From Hyaloraphidium curvatum SAG 235-1 (lineage: Eukaryota > Fungi > Monoblepharomycota): a stretch of 64,000 bases of DNA. Numbering within the stretch: the first letter of the stretch is position 1; each line of letters begins with the position of its first letter. The translations under genes were made by a program, and so were the position numbers. The stretch is from NCBI GenBank assembly GCA_025558095.1, contig JAIVFI010000017.1, positions 620,001 to 684,000 of the forward strand. The letters run 5' to 3'. A model generated the notes under the pieces. The model did no database searches and had not been told where the DNA came from. It saw only the letters and a list, made by a program, of their open reading frames with translations. Shown in pieces: positions 36,520-47,335 of the stretch.

Positions 36520-37752
36520 ATGAACCGTCTTTCGCTCCTCGTGGAGCTCGCCTCCCCCTTTATAGCCCCCGATGTGCCCACGATGGCCGCGCTCCAGTCT
36601 TTCATCGCCGCGGACGGTCTCGAAGTGGACACGTCTCCCATGTGGCGGCTCGCGCTCCTGGACGGCAGCCCGAACGCGCTGCTTTCGTGCCTTCCGACGT
36701 ATCTCGGGCGGCCGATGCCCGTGAACATTTTCGCCCGCTTCGTGGAGCCGGAGGACCTGAAGGCCTGCTCGGCCGACGCGTTTGCCCAAGTCGCCGGGCG
36801 GATACGCGACGCGCGATGGCAGCTGCTTGTACCGGACCACGCCTCCGAATCGGCCAACGCGGAGGGCGAAAGCGACCGGTGGGAAGACCGGAGGTGGGGC
36901 CGGCAGGAGGACGATGCGTTCGACTGGCGGCGCCTCGACGAGCGCGCCGCGGAGGTCACCCTCGGCCGCGCCGCGGGGGACCCGTACGCGGCTTACCTCG
37001 AGGAAGAGGTGTTCTCCGCGAAGCCGAGGAGGAGGCGGACGACCTCCGCCAGCCTGCGGCAGGAGGTCCTTTCGGCCGCCCTCCGGGAACGGGGCTACGA
37101 GGGGCTGGCGAAGCACCCTGCATCGCAGAGGTGGATCCTGGGCTACCTCCGCGGCTTCTTCGCCGACGCCGTCGGCCGCGTCCTCGACGAGCTCGAGACG
37201 ATCGGGTTCCTCCTTGCGGAAACGCGGTACCCCGAGATCCTGGCGGCCGCGCTCGCGGAGGAAGGCGTGCGCCCGCGCTGGTTCGCCGGGAGGTTCGGGC
37301 AGCGGACGTACGACGCCGTTTGGAGCGCGGAAACGCGCGCCCGGGACGAGGCGGTCGCCGAGTACGTTGCCTACCGCGGCCCCGTGGGCCTGCCGCGCCG
37401 CGCTGCGTGGATCCACGAGGCGAAGGAGCGGGCCAAGGCCGCGAAAGCCGAGCAGGAGTACCGGACGGCCCGTCACCTTGCTCTGATGGCGGAACAGCGC
37501 AAGGCAAAGGAGGAGAGGCTGGCGCGGGAGGAGGCTGCCAAGGCCGACACGCGGGCCGCGGTCGTCGAGCGGCACCGTTTGGCCTTCGAAGCGCTCGCTT
37601 CGGACCCGGAAGCCGCCCCCGTGCCTCCGATCCACGGCCTGACCTCCAACGAGCGGGCCGCGCTGCACGGCTTTGCACAATCGCTGGGGCTGGAAACGTG
37701 GAGCGACGGGCCGCGGTGGTACAGGGTGTTGCACGTCGCGAGACGGGACTGA
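36520..37752 (+). CDS. Hypothetical protein with coiled coil and C-terminal R3H-like domain, copy 1
   Basis: Intronless ORF; charged helix, then PIHGLTSNERAALHGFAQSLGLETWSDG (R-x3-H). Confidence 0.7.
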   Translation: MNRLSLLVELASPFIAPDVPTMAALQSFIAADGLEVDTSPMWRLALLDGSPNALLSCLPTYLGRPMPVNIFARFVEPEDLKACSADAFAQVAGRIRDARWQLLVPDHASESANAEGESDRWEDRRWGRQEDDAFDWRRLDERAAEVTLGRAAGDPYAAYLEEEVFSAKPRRRRTTSASLRQEVLSAALRERGYEGLAKHPASQRWILGYLRGFFADAVGRVLDELETIGFLLAETRYPEILAAALAEEGVRPRWFAGRFGQRTYDAVWSAETRARDEAVAEYVAYRGPVGLPRRAAWIHEAKERAKAAKAEQEYRTARHLALMAEQRKAKEERLAREEAAKADTRAAVVERHRLAFEALASDPEAAPVPPIHGLTSNERAALHGFAQSLGLETWSDGPRWYRVLHVARRD

Positions 37753-37970
37753 TCTCGAGGGAGGGGACGGCGATCTTCCGTGATCCGATGGGCGGCCGTG
37801 GCTTGGGTGTGGGCGGTGGTCTTTGCGGGCAGATCGGGCTCCGTGGTCTCGGGAGGAGGAAAGTGCGAATCTTTGGAATGCGACGAGTTCTTAGGACGAT
37901 GCAAAGCACGCAATGCTACTGTCCCATGCATTTTCATCACCTGTGCTGAACCAAAGGCATCCCCAGAGTG

Positions 37971-39033
37971 TCAAACAGCGATGCAATCAACCGCTCTCGG
38001 CCCCGCGTCCACAGCGAGCCACGCACCCTGCCCCTCCGCCCCGCCATACCGACCCCAGTCCCCAATGCGTTCCATCTCCCAGAACCACGGATGCGCCAGC
38101 GCCTCCGCGGCCGTTGCCCTCCGCCCCTGGTCCGGGCAAAGCATCCGTGTGACGAGGTCCCCGAAACCGTGCGAGAACCCCGCGGGCAGCCCCGCCCAGC
38201 GGCACTCGCAGATGGCAGCAAACAGCCCGTGGAAGTCCTCCGCTTGCGCGAAAGGGGTGCGGCCGGTGGCCAGCTCAACGGCGATGCAGCCCGCCGCCCA
38301 GACGTCCACACCGCGGCCGTACGGCAGGCAGCGGACGATCTCGGGGGCGAGGTAGAACGGCGTGCCCGCCAGCTGCGAGAACTGGCCCTGCGCATCCGTG
38401 CCAAAGTCCCCGCAGATGCCGGCGTTGTCGAAATCGGCCAGCGCGAGGTCCGAAGGGTCCGCTTCGGGGCGGCGGAGGAGGATGTTGGAGGGTTTGAGGT
38501 CGCGGTGGGCGATGCCTCGCGAATGGAGGTACGCGAGACCGGAGAGTATGGAGCGGAGGACGGGGCGGATGAGGTGCTCGGGGAGGGGGCCGTGCAGGGT
38601 GAGATAGGTGCGGAGGTCCATCGCGCAGAGCTCCATGACGGTGTAGACCTGTCGGAGCGGGGCGGAGTAAATTCAGGCAAACACTCCAATCTTCCAGCGA
38701 CGCAGATCACACCTTTGACCGGGTCTCGAACATCTCGAACACGCGGCAGACGTTCGGGTGGTTCAGCGACGACAGGGCACCGAACCGGTGCCGCGCCGCC
38801 CTGCGCTCGGCGGCGTCCGCGGGGCACCACACGCTCTTGACGGCGACCTCGCGCCTGTTGTCGAGGCACACCGCGGCGCGCACGCGGCCGGACGCCCCGC
38901 TGCCGAGAGTGGCCCCGGACGCGATGCGGCGGCGGCGTGCGCGGCCGGCGGCAAACAGCGCGGCGTCGGCGGCAGGCGGAGCGGGCAATGAGGCCGGTGG
39001 AGCCTCTCCGCCGCTCGCGCTCGTGAGCGCCAT
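37971..39033 (-). CDS. Atypical CAMK-like Ser/Thr kinase (DFD), copy 1
   Basis: FAAGRARRRR, LGSGASGRV, VAVK, HRDLKPSN, ADFDNAG, GTPFYLAPE, DVWAAGC; one intron ~38649-38712. Confidence 0.88.
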
Positions 39034-39724
39034 CGTGTTTGCCGGGGGTTCGGGTTCGATCAGGTGCTACGATGGGTGGCACTGCTCTGGCGGCGGGTGC
39101 CCGCAACAATTCGTCGGACTCCGCCCGGTCAGGTGCACGCGGCCGGCCCCGCGGCGCCCCTCTATTCACACAGTAGCCTTCTCGATGGTCCATTCGCACG
39201 TTTGCAATCTATCCCGCCCTTTCCGGCGCTTCGCCGGCCAGAAACGAGGGAGCTGCCGGGGGTGTCGAACCACGCGCTGACGCACAGCCACCACGCCCGG
39301 CGCACATGGCCCCGCTCACGGCAGGATTGTCCAACCCAACCGCGGACCTGCCCCGCACTATGCCGGCAGCTATGTTCCTCTCGGGACTATCGTTTGGCCG
39401 CGATTGGCCTCGCCGGACTGCCCGTAGCGGCGGCTTCCTTCGCTCGGGCCCGAAGGCACAGCACCGGCCACCCCGCCGACACCCCCGGTACCCGCCGATC
39501 CAGGCCAGGGCCTGACCTGACCTCGAACGAGAGGTCCGTGCTGCACCGCTTTCCACGTGGAGCGCCGGGGTGGGCGCGGGCCGGGAGCCGGAGGGGAGAC
39601 CCGCCCTGCCAGGTGATTCGGCGAGCCACCGGCAGATGCACGGCGACCGCAAGCTCGGGACCTTTTGCTTTTGCTTTGTTCATGTTGCTTGATCCTCTTT
39701 GCAAATGCTGCAACATTCGATGTC

Positions 39725-41980
39725 AGCTGTGAGCCGGAGGCGGAATAGACGGCGCGGCGATCGCGATTCTTGCCACCTTTGGCTTCATTACACGGCCACC
39801 TCCTAGTCAACCAACGGGCAGAAGCTCTCCATCGTGAAGAACACCCCCAGGGATCGAAACACGCTCCACAGAGCCACAGAGAGGGTGACCATCGTGACCA
39901 CCATGGTCCGCACGCCTCCGTAGGTGACGGTGAATCCCAGAATCTTGGCGCTGTACCGCGACACCTCGAGGAACGAGCCAATGACGCGGTCGTGCTGCTC
40001 CAGCGCGGCGGCGAGAGGGGTCGGTCCGAGCTTGAGGCACGCCGTGCGGAGGTCCCGCCGGGCATCGTGGTATGCCGATGCGACGACGGAGATGAGGTTG
40101 TTGCGCGAGGCGAGGTTGATGGCGTTGATGAGCATGTAGACGAGGACAATGGAAAGGCAAAAGAGGAGCCATGCGGGAATGCAGGACCCGACGCCCTGAC
40201 GGATGGCGGAAGCGCTAGATCAGTCCCAGATTGTCTTCCCCGAATCGTGTGTCACTCACGACATTGACAATGATTGTGATTACAATCAGAGGAAACATGA
40301 TGACAAACACGGAGTTGCTGAGCAGTGTCTGGTCCTGCATCTCGCGCACTTTGCACCAAGCTGCGAAGCCGTGGTGAAGCCGAACGTACAGCCAAGGCTC
40401 TGACCCGGTCGGCCGGTCCCCGAGTGCAGTTTGCAGCATGGATCTCATGGAGAGGACGACAGCACGATGGTGCAGCCGCGCTTCGAGCCTCGCGGACGCG
40501 ACGTTGGTCACCCCGACAAAGCGAGCTGCAGAGTTCATGAAGGATGCCACGGCGACACAAACTGCAGGTTGGAGATATGTGAGTCAGCAGAGTCATTCCT
40601 GCGACGGGCGTGCGATGGCCTGACTGTAGATGGCCCCGAGAACACAACCCCACCACGTGGACAAGAGTTTGGAGCCAAAAGTGATCCACGTGGTCCATCC
40701 GGCAGTGAAGGTGAAAAGGAATGAGAACAAGAAGTTGTAAACGATATCCAAGAAGGTCATGCAAGCTGCAAGCCGCTGAATATTGCCAACGCAGCCGGAA
40801 CACGGACAGAACCGGTCGCCCTCTTCGTGCGCGACGAGGAAGAGGCTTCCATCGAATGACCCACGACCAGGTTTTGGCCCTTCTTCCTTCCTCGTCAGCT
40901 GCAGCCATCTGCAGAGCACCGCCGGGGCGGCGAAATCCAGCACCTTTGGAACGCTGGGCATGGCCACCGCGACGAGGCCGATGGCAAAGAATCCAAGCGC
41001 AGTTGCGGAAACAACACCTGCGACCATCTGCTTCGTTCCGAAGAGGCCATCGTTCCATGACCAGGAGAGTCCTTGGAAAGCCAACATCATGCAATAGCAG
41101 AGTCCCACTTGCGCAGCGCTCCTCCACCCGAGGAAGCTTGCGCTCCGAGACGCGCCAAGAAAAGCGAACATTCGGAGCACGGGGTCGTCGAAGTCGGCCA
41201 GCATGGTTTCGAACGTCACGGGGTGCGCTCCTCGGAACTCGGCCGCGGGGTCGCCCCCCGCTTCCCCTGCTTCCTCGTCCGGCAGCAGCGGCCGGAACGG
41301 CGGCGTCGCGGCGGGGAACAGGCACACCCACTTTTCGGGCGAGAAATCGGCGTCCGGTGCGCTCGGGTCACCGTGCGGCGCGCTCGGGTCGCCGTGAGTG
41401 GTTGGGTCTGGGAGCGCAGGGACGCCCATTCCGTCGGCGGCGGGGTTGTTTTCTCCGCTCATGGCGCGAGTGCTATCGAGATGCCTCTTCAGGCCGACGA
41501 GCAACAAGCGAAGAATCCTCCGGCGTCTCGCGCTGTGGAAGTTTGGTCGCGTCGATCGCCTCAGGACGTGCCTCAGAACCAGAGCGAGAGGATAGATCTG
41601 CTTGGCAAGAGGTAGTGGCAAGAGGAGGGGAGAGGCGGCCCTTCGCTCGTCCCTCGCTTCGGCCTTCTCCCCTCTTGCTTCTTGAGCCGCTACGCGACTC
41701 ACCTCTTGCCACTGCTCCGGCCGTAACATCCTTTTGCCGAAATCACGGAAGGAAGTGATTTATCTACAACATGTTGGACCGTATCATTGCCGCAGGCTCT
41801 TCAGATTTGGATGCTCCGGTGCGGTCCAACGAGTCAACATCCTTCGAGCCCATTTTCGAGCCTCCGTTTGAGGGCCCAAACCCACATGAGACGCAGGCGA
41901 TACCTAGCGCATGGCAACTGAGTCCTCCAATCGCGACCTTCTGTGCCTTTGGTGCGCGAACCGCGCGCGTTTCTGCATCG
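39725..41980 (-). repeat. Segmental duplication, arm B (inverted copy of 17222-19350)
   Basis: Reverse-complement match to arm A, with an extra segment at ~41580-41720 upstream of the CDS. Confidence 0.92.
39803..41462 (-). CDS. Multi-pass membrane protein, putative 7TM ion channel / gustatory-receptor-like (GRL, DUF3537-like)
   Basis: Intact after removing intron ~40563-40625; no signal peptide; about 7 hydrophobic helices; C-terminal SFLEVSRYSAKILGFTVTYGGVRTMVVTMVTLSVALW resembles the 7TMIC TM7 region. The family call is an inference. Confidence 0.6.
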
Positions 41981-42197
41981 CGGAGCAAGGACGATCCCCG
42001 AGGGGTACGGCGGTCGCGGGCTGACGAACGGAACCAGGTGTGAAGCCATCGCTGCAGATATCATCTCTCCAAGGGCATCGTGTCCCCGTCCTCGGCGTCC
42101 ATGCGCACGTCCAACGACGGGATGAATTCTGCATCAGCACAAGACCGCACAACCCCATCGCTCTCCGCACAGCGGAAGCCACCGCCTGGCGCGCACA

Positions 42198-43383
42198 CTA
42201 TGCCTCCCCCGCCAGGCACCTCAGCTCCCCCGTCCTTTCGTCGAACGCCACCCACGCCCCCGCCCACCCCTCCCTCCCCATCCGCACCTCCCGCGGATCC
42301 CAGAACCAAGGATGCGCCAGCGCCCCCGCCGCCGTCACCCTCTCCCGCTGGTCCACCACCAGCATCCGCGCGACGAGGTCCCTGAACCCGGACGAAAAAC
42401 CATCCGGCAAGCCCGCCCAGCGCCCGGCGCCGATCGCCGCGTACAGCTCGTGGAAGCTCCCCGCGCCCTCGAAGGGGGTGCGGCCCGTCGCCAGCTCGAC
42501 GGCCATGCAGCCCAGCGCCCAGATGTCCACCTCACAGCCGTAGGGCGAGCCGCGGACGATCTCGGGGGCGATGAAGTACGGGGTGCCCGCGATGGTCCGG
42601 AACGGTGCGTGCGGGCCGAAGCCGGGATGGGAGGAGGGGGGTAACACCCGCGGCGTCGAAATCCGCAAGGGCGAGGTCCGACGGGTCCTCGTCCGGGCGG
42701 CGGAGCAGCACGTTGGACGGCTTCAGGTCTCGGTGTGCGATGCCCCGCGAGTGGAGGTACGCCAGGGCCCAGAGGATCGAGCGCAGGATGGGGCGGATGC
42801 GGTGTTCGGGGAGGGGGCCGTGCGCGTCGAGGTACGCCTGGAGGTCGGATTCGCAGAGCTCCATGACGGTGTAGATCTGGAGGCGGGAGCATCAGAACGA
42901 GCCCCACGGCACCAGCGAACACGCCTGGAGACTAACCTTGTGCTCGGTTTCGATCCGCTCGAACACGCGGCACAGGTGCGGGTGGTCCAGCGCCGCGACC
43001 GCCTCGAACCTCGCGCGGGCGGCTTCCCCGTCCTCCGGCGCGAACGGCGCCCACCCCAGCGCGTGCACCCTGCGGCAGCTCTTGAGCGCCACGCGCCGCC
43101 CGTCGTCCAAACAGACGGCCGCGCGCACGCAGCCCGTCGACCCGCCGCCGAGGGCCGCGTAGGCCGCGAACCGGCGGCGGCGCGCGCGCCCTGCCGCGAA
43201 GGGGCCCGCCGGGTCGACCGGCGGGGAGAGCTCCGACGCCGCGCGGGGGAGCTGCATGTGCCTGGGGCGTGCCGGGCAGGTGGCCGGGGCGGGGCGGCCG
43301 TCTTGCACACGCCAGAGCTGCCCCGGACGCGGGATCGCGACGGGCGCGCTATGGGCAGGCAATTGGTACGCTTCCGCGGCCAT
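42198..43383 (-). CDS. Atypical CAMK-like kinase (DFD), copy 2; +1 frameshift in a G6 run at ~42636-42641
   Basis: FAAGRARRRR, LGGGSTGCV, VALK, HRDLKPSN, ADFDAAG, then (shifted) IAGTPYFIAPE and DIWALGC; same intron position as copy 1. Confidence 0.82.
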
Positions 43384-44228
43384 GCTCGCGGCGGCAGCGG
43401 GCTCGGATAACGTCCGCGGATCGGATTGGTTCCGCGATGGCGTTGCGAATCCTGGGCGGGTAAAGCTCGGAGGGGCAAAGGGTCCGAAGCGAATCCGTGT
43501 TCCCCGGACAGTCCGATCGCCCACTATCGGCGCATCGGAGCGCATTCGGTGCACTTCCGGAGGCTTGCTCGGTATCTTCCACGTTGCCCGGCGGCCCATA
43601 CGCCCTGGTCCGATGAAGTCAAGTCGTTGCTATCGCACCGGCCGATTGGCACAGCCGCGGATCCCTTCCCGGCACCGCCCCGAAGGTGACCGGCCGCACG
43701 ATCGGACGACCGGAACCGATCCATCGGCCACCCTCCCGCGCATATCAATGCAGAACAGAGGGCGGGACATCGAGACGGGCGGTTTCCGCGGCGGGGGACG
43801 GTTCGTCATCCGGCGCCGATTACTCACGATCGGAGCCACTTTGCCCTGGGACCGATCCGGGATCCGGTGGCCGCACCGCACGGCGGGGACCACTGGATGA
43901 GCAATGTACTGCCCGCCGACGGCCAACCTTCGCCGGCGGGTGCCGGGCGGGCGGGATCGGGCACCGAGGCCACGTGCCGTGGGCGAAGTAAGGGGTAATC
44001 GGGGGCCAGTGTCCGCCCTTCGGTGCGGCGATGAGACAGTCCGTTGAAGAAATCAGATGACCTGCATCAAGCCCATGGGGAAGCGAGGACGGAAGACGGC
44101 CTAGGACTGGACGAGGATGACGGGCCCACCGTTGGTCGACGCCAGACCCCCCCCGCATCGACCTGCGTTCCGCATCGCGGGCCTCCACGCGTCCGGCCCT
44201 CTCCGGCGCCTCGTCTCCCCGCACAAAC

Positions 44229-45522
44229 ATGGCGCCGAAGCGCGCCGCGCGCCGCCCCGCCGCCCTCTCCGACTCCGACGACGACGCGCCGCCCGCCCGC
44301 GGCGGCTCCTCGGAGGGCCTCGAGTCGTCCGACGGCGGCGCGGAGGACGCGCCCGCGCCGCCGGCGGGGATGGGGATCGCGCTGCGGGGCGCGGAATCGC
44401 GGCACACCGGTGGGGTCACCGGACGGCACTCCCTGTCCCCCGGCTGAACGACCCCCGGCGACGCGGACGCCAGTCTACGGCAACGTGACCTTCTACGACG
44501 AGCGCACCAAGTCCCCCGTCGGCCTGGCCAAGGTCTGGAGCGTTGATTTCCCCTCGGTCCCGTGCGGTCCGGGCGCCTCCGTCGGGTGGACCACGCAGCG
44601 CGCCTTCGAGGTGTGCGAGCTCGTGCCGATCGTCAGGGAACTGTGGCACGCGCGGTCGGCGGCGCATCTGTCGGTACGAGATCAGGTCGCTCAGTAGGGC
44701 CTGCCGCTGCTGCACCGCGTCGCGGCCCGCTGACGTTCCGGGGCAGCCCAGAGCAAGGTCACCGTCCACATCGGCCCCTCTTCCGTGATCAAACCCCTCC
44801 CCCCCGGCGCGACGGAGGAGCACACGGTGACCGCCGGCCCCGTGAGCAGGATATCCCGGTCGCGGCAACAACTCTGGATCGGGTGCGCGATGGTGGAGGG
44901 GCAGAGGACGGTGGAGCTGGTGCTCAGCTTCGTGGGTTGCCCGCGCAACCGGGGGAGCGTGGTTGGGCTGATGCGCTGCGGCAGAAATCGGTGCCGGAGG
45001 AGGAGCAGAACCCGCGGCTCAAGCCCGGCCCGCTCCCGGCGTGGGTCGCCGAGGCGGACCGGCACCCCGACGCGGCGCTGCTCGGGACCAAGAAGCGCTC
45101 CCTCGCGCTCGCAGATTTGAAGAAGAGGGTGCGTCGGGTATGCGCTTTCCCGGCCCGGCTCACGCCCCGTCCGGCAGCTCGCCCTCGTCGACTGGATCCT
45201 TTCCCGCAACCCCGCGCTCACCCACCCCGCCCTACGCCTCTTCTTCCCCTCCCTCCCCTCGGACCAAACGATGAAGAACCACCGCCGCCAGATCCGCTGG
45301 ATCGAGGCCTGGGCCGAGGACGTACCATCCATCCGGCATGCGGTGGGGGAGGGGACCGGGTTGGGGAAGCTGAGGCGGATGGTCAAGGGGGAGCAGGAGA
45401 GGAGGAAGGGGGCGAGGGAGGGGGATCCGATGGCGGTGAGGAGGTTGGTGGCGGGGGAGGTTGCGGGGGTGGGGAAGGGGGAGGGGTCGTCGCCGATGAG
45501 GAACGTGAAGTCGGGGTGGTGA
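44229..45522 (+). CDS. Hypothetical multi-exon protein
   Basis: MAPKRAARR start; four GT-AG introns join continuous coding segments; one apparent -1 C near 45237; no family recognised. Confidence 0.5.
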
Positions 45523-45697
45523 GGTTGTGGTTTTCAGGAATGAATGCTTGCAATGACGCTGGAAACAAGGTCAAAGAATCACTATGGAGTCGTCCACGAA
45601 AAGGTCACCCCTGCCCAATTTTGTCCCGCGCAACTGCCCTGTCACCACGTAGATCCCCGAATCACCCGCCACAACCGTCCCAACCCTCGAGATTCTG

Positions 45698-46940
45698 CTA
45701 TCCCTCAGGGCGAGCGATGTGGAGCACCTTTGGGCCGGAATACGGTCCCTCGCTCCAGCACTCGAACCCGAGCCACTCGGCATATCCCCGGAGCGCGGAC
45801 CTCCGGTTCGCGAGCAGCCCCTCGATCGGCGGGATCGGCGACGCTTCCGAATCGGAAGCCAGGGCTTGCAGGGAGGGCCGGCCGGAAGCGCTCGACGACC
45901 TCCACGCGCTCCTGGTACCTCGCAGCCTTCTTCTTCGCGTCCCTCTCCTCCTTTCCCTTGCGCTGCTCCGCCTCCCGCGCCCGATGCAGCTCCTGCCGCT
46001 CCTCCTCCGCGGCCTTGCGGGCCTTGGCGCTCTCCCTCGCCTCGTGGACCCACGCCGCGCGGTGCGGCAGGCCCTCGGGACCCCGGGCCGCGACGTATTC
46101 CGCGATCGCCCGGTCCCGCGCGCGCGACTCGGCGCTCCAGACGGCTTCGTACGTGCGCCTGCTGAAATCGCCGCGGTACCAGTTGGCGGCCGGGCCTGCC
46201 GCGGCCAGGGCGCGCGAGTGGATGTCGAGGTAGCGCGTGTGCGCGAGGAGGAACTGCAGCGTTTCGAGCTCGTCGAGGAGACGGGGGAGGCCGTCGGAGT
46301 AGAACTGCCGGAGGTGGCCGAGGATCCAGCGCTGGGATACGTGGAGCTTGCAAAGGCTGACGTAGCCCCGATCGCGCTGCGCGATCGGGTGCACCTCGTG
46401 CCGCAGGCTGTCCGAAGTCGGCAGCCTCCTCGTGGAACCGCGGTTGGCAGGCAGCTTTTCGTCGAGGTACTTCCGGTAAGGATCCGCCGCGCGGCCGAGG
46501 GCAACGTCCCCCGAGACCTCCGCGAGCCGCCTCCAGTCGAACGCGTCGTCCTCCACTTGGGCCTGCCACTGATGCCACAGCTCATCGTCATCCTCGACAT
46601 CCTTGCGGCTGCCGTAAAGAGGGTTGATCTGCATGAGGAAGTCGGGCCGCGCGTCGCGCATCCTCCCGGCGACTCGGGCAAACGCGTCGGCCGAGCAGCC
46701 CTTCAGGTCCTCCGGCTCCACAAAGCGGGCGAAAATGTCCACGGGCATGGGTCGCCCGAGATACATCGGCAGGCAGGACAGCAGCGCGGCCGGGCCGTCC
46801 AGGAGCGCGAGCCGCCACATGGGAGACGTGTCCACTTCGAGGCCGTCCGCGGCGACGAACGCCTGGAGCGCGGCCATCGTGGGCACGTCGGGAGCGACGA
46901 AGGGGGACACGAGCTCCACGAGGAGCGAGAGGCGGGACAT
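45698..46940 (-). CDS. Hypothetical protein with degenerate R3H-like tail, copy 2 (inverted paralogue of 36520-37752)
   Basis: N-terminus nearly identical to copy 1 (RLSLLVEL.SPF.APDVPTMAALQ...); +1 base in a C/G run near 45872 before QALASDSEASPIPPIEGL. Confidence 0.7.
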
Positions 46941-47335
46941 TGAGGGCAAAGCGGGGCAGCTGAGTTTAAGGACGCGACGGGACCGCTTTTGAGACAGTCG
47001 CGACTTGCAACTCCATCCACTTCGCCATTGGATGCCTCAGCTGCTCGAACAGAACATGACACGATGCATGAGGATTAGTCTGTGCCATCCATCCTGAATT
47101 TCTTAGCCAACGTCAGGCCCAGAAGTGGATCACATCCAGGGCGACATCGCTATAGCGCTATCCTCGGGCGCTTGCTCATCCCGCTCCCTTGGCACTCCGC
47201 TTCCGGGCCTCTGCAGAACGCGCTAGACGTGCGCCCGAGCTCTGCCTCCCCGTAATTCTCGTGCCCTGGTTAGTGGCGTGCTGCCCTCCGTGTCGCGAGA
47301 CCCTGCTCGAGCTCCGCGCCCCCGGCAAACAGAAG

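Noticed and set aside
17222-41980. Inverted arms as terminal inverted repeats of a giant transposon
   Set aside because: The arms are diverged gene copies, the enclosed genes include housekeeping ABCF2, and no transposase or target-site duplication was seen.
43400-44220. Possible ncRNA or element in long intergenic stretches (also 26460-27200, 29150-30070, 50400-51090, 59660-60580)
   Set aside because: No recognisable RNA motif, repeat array or credible spliced ORF was found by eye; an Infernal search would be needed.
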